NCBI GenBank assembly: GCA_050613775.1
Contig: JBODTK010000105.1
Location: 248,001 to 312,000, forward strand
Origin: Neocallimastix sp. 'constans'
Lineage: Eukaryota
Reading direction: 5' to 3'
DNA: 64,000 nucleotides
Shown here: piece after piece, positions 57,076 through 64,000 of the stretch
Numbering within the stretch: position 1 is the first letter of the stretch
Layout of the letters: every line of letters begins with the position of its first letter
The notes under the pieces: generated by a model
What the model saw: only the letters and a program-made list of their open reading frames with translations
Told to the model about the DNA's origin: nothing
Databases searched by the model: none
Program-made: the position numbers and the translations under genes

Positions 57076-59163
57076 TGTCAAAAGTTTGGTTATTATTATA
57101 GCTAAATTTAATTATAAAAGTAACTAAAATAAATATTCCAATTATAATCATTAAGTAAACACAACGGAGTAACAATTATAATATTAATTTATGGTTAGTT
57201 AAACAAATAAAAAATGAAAGTAATAAAGATATATTTGGTAATACCTTCTTATTCTTTTAAAATGAATTTTGATTATAATTAAACGAATAATTAATAATTA
57301 ATTTATTTAAACGATACATAAAATAAGTTTTTGTTAGACTACTTTTATTTATTAATCAAAAGAAGAATAATTTAATTTTATTTTATAATATAAAGATATG
57401 ATCAATGTCTTTAGTACATTAATTAATTTATTTTGTACATTAAATTATTTAATGTAATTCACATTTATAAATAATGCTAATGCATTAAATTATGTAAAAT
57501 TTATTAATTTATGAATTTAACTGATTTATGAAAATTAATAATAAATTTATTTTTTATAATATATATAAAAATATAAGATTAATTTTTAAATAACTTAAAT
57601 TTTAGTAATAAAATATTTTAATAATTTTAGCTTAATAGTTTAGTTTAATAATCATAAAAATTAAATAGTAATATATAATTAATAGTATTAATAATAAAAG
57701 AATAATAAATAAATAATAAATAAGAACTTATTCAATTTGAGTCAAAACAAATTGAATAAAAAGCTTATTGAATTAGTTTTAGTTTTTTATAACTTTATTT
57801 AATTTTAAATTAGTTTTTGTTTATTTTATATTGAATATATGTTTAAATAAATAGAAATAGTATATTATAATATAATTAAGAAAAAATATAAATACATGTA
57901 AAATTATTCTATTAAAAAAAATGTAGTTATTAATAACTATTTTGCAGTTAATAACTAATAAAAAGAATTTTTATAATAAAGAGATTAATAAAAGAATTTT
58001 TTCAATAAAATAAAATTCATTTGAGTATTATTATTGATAGTGTTGTTTTTTTGTTTTTTTTGTAATTGTAATCTGCTCCATAAGGAACATTTTACATATA
58101 ATTAGAAAATATTTTATATCATTTTAATGATTATAATTAATTACAAATAAAAATTATCAAAATAATCTTACAAAGATTTTTAATTATTAGAAATATTCTA
58201 AACTATTTAATTTTTATTAATTATAATATTTTATTATAAGTTATTTCTATTAATTATTTATTTTAATATTATTTTAATTGATTGTTTCAAAATAAAAACT
58301 ATTTCTAATTATATTATAATTTATTTCATAATATTAATCTAATAACTATTTTAAGAACTAATGATCTATTTAATTTATACTATTATTAATATTGTTAGAA
58401 CTATTTTAGTATTGTTTAAATTATTAAAAAATATCCTTAGACTATCTAAAGGCTATTTAATGATATTCTAAAATATAAAAAATATTAATAAAATATAATT
58501 GTTAGTGAAATATAATAATTAAGATAATATTTAATTATATTTAATCATATTTAATTATATTTAATCATATTTAATTATATTTAATGATATTCTAAAATAA
58601 AAAAAATATTAATAAAATATAATTGTTAGTAAAATATATTAATTAAGATAATATTTATTATATTTAATCATATTTAATTATATTCAATAATAAAATAAAT
58701 TTTATAATTCTTATAGTTGTTTATAACTATTTGAATATTCCGGAATTAGCAATTTTAATTGATATAAAATTGTATTTTAATTTTAAGCCATAAAATTTAT
58801 TAATTAACTGTATCAGGTGTGCAGGTGATCAAATTCAAACGATCATAACTCTGTCAATATTTGAGCTAGGATAATGGATCTCACGATTTTAGATAGTTCG
58901 GACAGAGTACTTTTCATTTGATCTATAAAATAGAACGAAAACGAAACATTTAGCAAAATCTGACCGTTTGAAGTTATGACTAATTTTTTAAATTGAATTT
59001 TAATATTTTTTTAATATATAAAATTTGAACAAAATATTTTGTCATGCGAAACATGACACTGGAAAATAAATGAGTATTTTATTGAATTAATATTGTTGAA
59101 ATGGAGGGTTTAATAAAGTGATTTCAAATGATTTCAAAATGAATTGAGATCACTTATTTGATT
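57076..59163. mobile_element. Unclassified ~1.4-kb non-coding insert, containing nested solo LTR 4, in the Gypsy RT relic
   Basis: GATAG is duplicated at 57071-57075 and 59164-59168, and removing the insert restores the RT frame. Starts TGTCAAA; right end is degenerate (TTTGATT). Confidence 0.7.
57389..58096 (+). mobile_element. Solo-LTR-like insert 4 (708 bp), diverged relative of inserts 1-3
   Basis: Ends TATAAAGA..TTTTACA. TSD TATAA at 57384-57388 and 58097-58101. Shares TATAAATACATGTAAAATT and TTGTAATCTG blocks with insert 1. Confidence 0.75.
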
Positions 59164-59642
59164 GATAGCTGCACCACTTTACAAATTGTTAAGAAAGAAT
59201 GTACCTTACATATGAGAAAATATACATCAAGATAATTTTAATCAATTAAAAGAAACATTAATTTCTGTACCAATTCTACGTTATCCTGATATTAATGAAC
59301 AATTTTTAATTAGAACGGACGCTTGTGAATTAGGTATTGGAGGTATTCTTCAGAAAGACGAAAAAGATAGAAAGGAATACCCAATACACTTCATTATCAA
59401 AAAATTTGAAATTTTCAAAAATTTCTAATATTTTAGTGATCCCAAATAAGAAATTAGTAGATCTGTAAGACATATGCTTTAAATTTACTGTAACGTATCA
59501 TCCTGAATCTAATGGTCTAATTGAAAATCGATATGGAGAAATAGGAAGATTATTACGTTTAGAGCAAGTAAAGAATAAGAATGGGATCTTGTCCTACATT
59601 TTGCTTTATGGGCTCTAAGAACTTCAAAAAAATTTCTGTAAC

Positions 59643-60383
59643 TGTAAAGAGTTCGAATAGAAATAGATTTCAAATAACGAAATATAACACTTAAAATCAA
59701 AAAAAAATAACACGTAAAAGAAATTCTCTTTTAAATAAAATAATCTTTATTAATTAGAAAAAATTATATCTCTTATTGTTATTAACTATTGATAGTCAAT
59801 AACTAAAACATCGATTTAAATAATGAAATTTACATGTATTTATATTTTTCTATGACTACATTATAATATATCATTCCTATCTAATTTACATATATTACTA
59901 TATTTATAAACAAAATATTTATTAATAATTTTATTAAATAATAATTAACTAAAACTAAACAATAATTAATTCAATAAACTTTCAACTAATTTATAATAAT
60001 AATTAAATTCAATAAGAATTTATTTATAATCTATTTATTATATAAATATTATTAATACTAGGGTTTATATATTTACAATCAAATTTTAACTATTTAAAAC
60101 TATTCCGAAATTAATTTTAAAGTATTTTAAACTAAATAAACTAAATTAACTAAGTTAAATAAAATAACTAAATTAAATAAACTAGACTAAATTAACTAAC
60201 TTAAATAAATTATTTAAATAAAATTTATTATCCAAAATTATTAACATAATAATTTTTCCTTTTGAAAAATTTACATGAATTTATAATTAATTTTCATATA
60301 TGTAAATTATAAATTTATGTAATTTTATTACATTAATGAATTATTATATAATTAATTATTAAAGATTTTATTAAATCTTTACA
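59643..60383 (-). mobile_element. Solo-LTR-like insert 3 (741 bp)
   Basis: Ends TGTAAAGA..TCTTTACA. TSD GTAAC. Colinear with insert 2. Confidence 0.9.
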
Positions 60384-62349
60384 GTAACTAAATATTCAAA
60401 TTTCGAATAACTCTATAATAGAAGAGATCAACAACCTTTTGAATTAACTTTATTTCTTCCAACTTCGTATATACAAGGAAGTGAAGAAGAATTATTAATT
60501 GAAAATTTTATTAATCATTATAAATTAACTATTGTGCATGCAATAATATCAAAAAGAATAATATATATTGGGAAACGAAAAGAGAAGAATAACAAATATA
60601 AATAAACAAAATGAAATTAAATAGGAGATTTAGTTAAAGTTAGAAATTTTTCCTGATATAAATTCGATCCTTATTTTGTAGGAACTTTTGAAGTTACCGG
60701 AAAACAATTTAACACTGTTAAATTCGTAGATCCAAATATAAAATTATCTTTAGAAAGACCGGATTAAATTTGTAATAAAATTTAACACAACAGATATAAC
60801 ATAATTGTATCTAACGAAGGAACAAATGATATAAAACGACCATAAAAACTTTTAATTATTAATAAATTTTATTTATTTATAATTACATAAAAATAAATTA
60901 ATAAATCATTTGAAAATACATGATATAAATTAAAAGTGATTTAATATGACTTGATAAAAAATAAAATTATGCAAAGACATAAAATTATAAAAAAATATAA
61001 AATTAATATAAACATAAATTTTATAATATAAATTTTATGTTAAAAATAAAAATAATTTAAAAAATTATTTTTATTATTTTTATATTATTTTATATTGATA
61101 TTTATTTTATTATATTTTTAATTATTTAAATAATTATTATTTTATATTAATATTTTATATTTTAATATAATAAATTTCTTTTATTATTAATATTTCATGA
61201 ATAATATTTTATTTTAATATTTTACTTTAATATATATTTTATTTTATACTTTTATATAAAATACTTTAAATACTTAATTGTTATCATAAAATTAATTGAT
61301 TAAATAATTTTTAATGAATTAAAAATATAAAAATAAAATTCTTTATAATTAATTATTCTTTGCAATGTTTTATACTGTTTTATGCCAAATTTATTTACCA
61401 ATTTCCATTATATTTTCAACAATAATTAAATACATGTATTAAATAAATTATAATTACTTTTAAATAATAAATAAATAAAATCTATAAATAAATAAATAAT
61501 AAATAAAACTTCTCCCAACAAGAGATATTCGAACCATGAGTTATTCATCATTATTTATTATAATATATATATAATTTTCCTAATTAATTATTTATTATGA
61601 TATATATTATTATATCATTGATAATTTTCCATTTTTGTTTAAATACTGTATCCCAAATGGAATGGTTCAGGTTATAATTATAAATAACAAGAAAATAAAA
61701 GAAAACACAAATTCAATAACTAAATAATGAATTTTATATATTTAATTAATATATTTGATTATTTGTTTGTATGTTTATCTATTTATTTATTTATTTATTT
61801 ATCAATTTATCTATTTATTTATTTATTTATTATTATTTTATTTATTTATTTTATTTTATATTTTTATTGATATTATTTTTCATTTTATTTTTTTAATAAC
61901 ATTTTACTCTTTATATTTTCTTTTTAACTTTAATTTAATGTAGCCGTAAATTAAATAGAAAGGAATAGAACAAAATTATTATTTAAATTAGTATTTAACT
62001 ATTAATTTTTTTTATTTTTACTAATAATAAATCTAATAATTTATTATTAAATGGCGACTATATATTATTAACTTTTTTATAAATGTATATAATGATAACT
62101 TTTCATAAATTTACAAAATTAGTGATTCCTTATTTAATTAAAATTACTATTTTAAGGATAATTAATATTTATTTTTTTTAATATAATTACCTTAAGACAT
62201 AAATTACAATAATTATTGATACCTTGATAAATAAAATTTTAAGTTTATATTTTATATTGAAATTGCAGTATTAATATTTAATATTATAAGAATATTAAAA
62301 ATCCAATAAGTAAAGAATTATCAAAATATTAAGTAAATAATGTTTTAAT

Positions 62350-62870
62350 AATCATTCTTTGTCAGGATGCCACCTCTTAAACTCAAAATTATACTAGAAT
62401 CGAGTTATATTTTACAATATTCTTTAAGTGCACGTTCCTGTTCATTTGAATTCCACTTTCTGGATTTGCGAGAGTTACTGCATCTTGATAACTTTAAAGG
62501 GTCCAACAAAGTATGGCTCCAAGGATCAATTTCAATTTATCATATAGTTTTGTTATTTCTATATTGATTACCGTCTACGAAATAAGATTCCCCTTTGAAG
62601 GTAACCATCTTCTCATTTAAATATTCCTTAATAGTTCAAGACAATAATTCATCATTGATTTTTGAATATTTCGTTGTAGCCAAAACAACATTATCGTCTG
62701 ATTTTAATCTAGATAAGGCATAAGCGATTAAATTTTTTATACCCGGTCCATATTGAATGTCTATACCAAAGGTGCTAACTTTAAGACACCATCATGCCTA
62801 TCTAGCATTATTTGGTTCTTTTGAGGTAAAGAAGTCGAACAAGGGTTTATAATCCATGATAGTTTTATAA
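62350..62870 (-). pseudogene. Gypsy RNase H/integrase-linker relic
   Basis: Minus-strand reading MDYKPL..KEPNNAR*A*WCLKV..IQYGPGIKNLIAYALSR resembles TDHQPL..ARW..YQPGKRNIIADALSR of the 36-43 kb element. Confidence 0.7.
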
Positions 62871-63250
62871 TTAAATAATTTATTAATTTAAATAAGCTAG
62901 CATGTATCCAATCATAAAATATATTAGCATGTATAAATAAACCATGTAATTGAATTGTTAACGTACTAGCGTTACTATAAAAGTAATTTGTTATATCATG
63001 AATATAACATTAAATAAATAAAAATTACTTATTTTAAAAATAAATAAACAAACTTAGTATAAGCCCAGCCAACTATTAATGAATAGAGATTAATAGCGCT
63101 GAGTTATATTCTTTAATTAAATAAAAAATTATTATTTAAAGTTAATATTAGTGTTTCATATAATAACTCGAATAAATAGGTATTAAATTTTCTTAGCTTT
63201 TAGTTATTTGTTATTCGTTATATTAGTTTATATAAAATTTACCTGTTACA

Positions 63251-63805
63251 CTATCTTTAGACTTCGTTATAATTATTTGTATACTTCTCGGGCAAGATTT
63301 CAAGTTTTTATCAAGGTATCCTCCTCTGTCATGACTATTTTTTCATAAATATTACTTCTTTATCTCACCTCATTATCATAGTCCATTACTAAGATAGATA
63401 CTCTATCCTCCGTTACCAATTGGTCGTATAAATCGAGGTATCTTGTATTGAAATCATATATTGTCTCATTTGGTTCAATAACTAATCATTATATTTGTCT
63501 TAATTTATTATAATTTTGATTTTCTCTCCAATACTTCCTTTTTACTAAATCAACAAATTCATCTAATGAAAGAGCTCTATATATTTCTGCTTCCTTTTCT
63601 TTAAACACTCTTACAATATCGTCTACAGCAGAAGAAATAATATATACTAATTTATTAGTATATATTATATCAGTAGTAATATCTTCTCTTTGAAACCAAT
63701 TACTAATTCTAAATCGCATCCCTACAAGATCCACCAATTCTTGGGAGAGTTTCGGTATCAACATCCTAACCACTAAATTCAGTACTACTACTACTAATAC
63801 TCATT
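63251..63805 (-). pseudogene. gag: Gypsy gag relic, paralog of 41141-42190
   Basis: FRISNWFQREDITTD..DDIVRVFKEKEAE..KYWRENQ aligns with FRINDWFKREGITTD..DDIVRVLKEKEAE..KYWRENQ. Confidence 0.85.
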
Positions 63806-64000
63806 GTTATTATTAAATATTATTTATAATAAAGCTTATCTATTAAATCTATAGATTCTAAATATTAATATATATATTATTTTATTTTATCTATTTTCTT
63901 TTATTTTTATTTTTATTTTTATTTTTAATTGTTTTTTATAATTTTATTAATAGCTTTCCTCAACTATTCCGTTTATCATAACTAACTGTTATTAATATAT

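Larger units (their letters stand above)
56816..60770 (+). pseudogene. pol: Degenerate Gypsy pol relic (RT, RNase H and IN pieces), interrupted at 57076-59163 and 59643-60383
   Basis: TIDEHLINLKQVF, KINIEKCCF..EVELLG, NFVMI|AAPLYKLLRK, IRTDACELGIGG, YHPESNGLIENR, FALWALRT, DPYFVG. Confidence 0.8.

Noticed and set aside
62870..63250. Possible solo LTR ending TGTTACA between the Gypsy relics
   Set aside because: Left terminus and TSD could not be identified.

Overview
Extremely AT-rich eukaryotic genomic DNA. The base composition, homopolymer- and (AAT)n-rich GT-AG introns and abundant Copia elements suggest an anaerobic gut fungus (Neocallimastigomycota); this is inference only. The first ~8 kb holds two tandem SLC18/VMAT-like MFS transporter genes: the last two exons of one copy (1-868) and a complete 8-exon copy (3966-7728, 503 aa). 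The remaining ~55 kb is a nested transposon cluster. It contains a MULE region with a MITE that hosts a near-intact young Copia (A), five further Copia copies from four families (B, B', C, D, E), a non-coding LTR element, a Ty3/Gypsy element with a normal tRNA-Ala PBS, four solo-LTR-like inserts and Gypsy relics. Three signals stand out. (1) Every Copia-type element with an intact leader (6 of 6) has the PBS GATTAAGAGTCTCA (one copy has a G>A change). This is complementary to the anticodon stem-loop of tRNA-Lys(CUU), which points to half-tRNA priming with a Lys tRNA. (2) Most of these PBSs are followed by a family-specific anti-PBS arm that can fold back over the PBS. (3) Four different LTR elements sit in tandem in one (AAT)n microsatellite, all with the same-phase TSD ATAAT and with TA-ending LTRs. 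All boundaries were read by eye; no searches were run.
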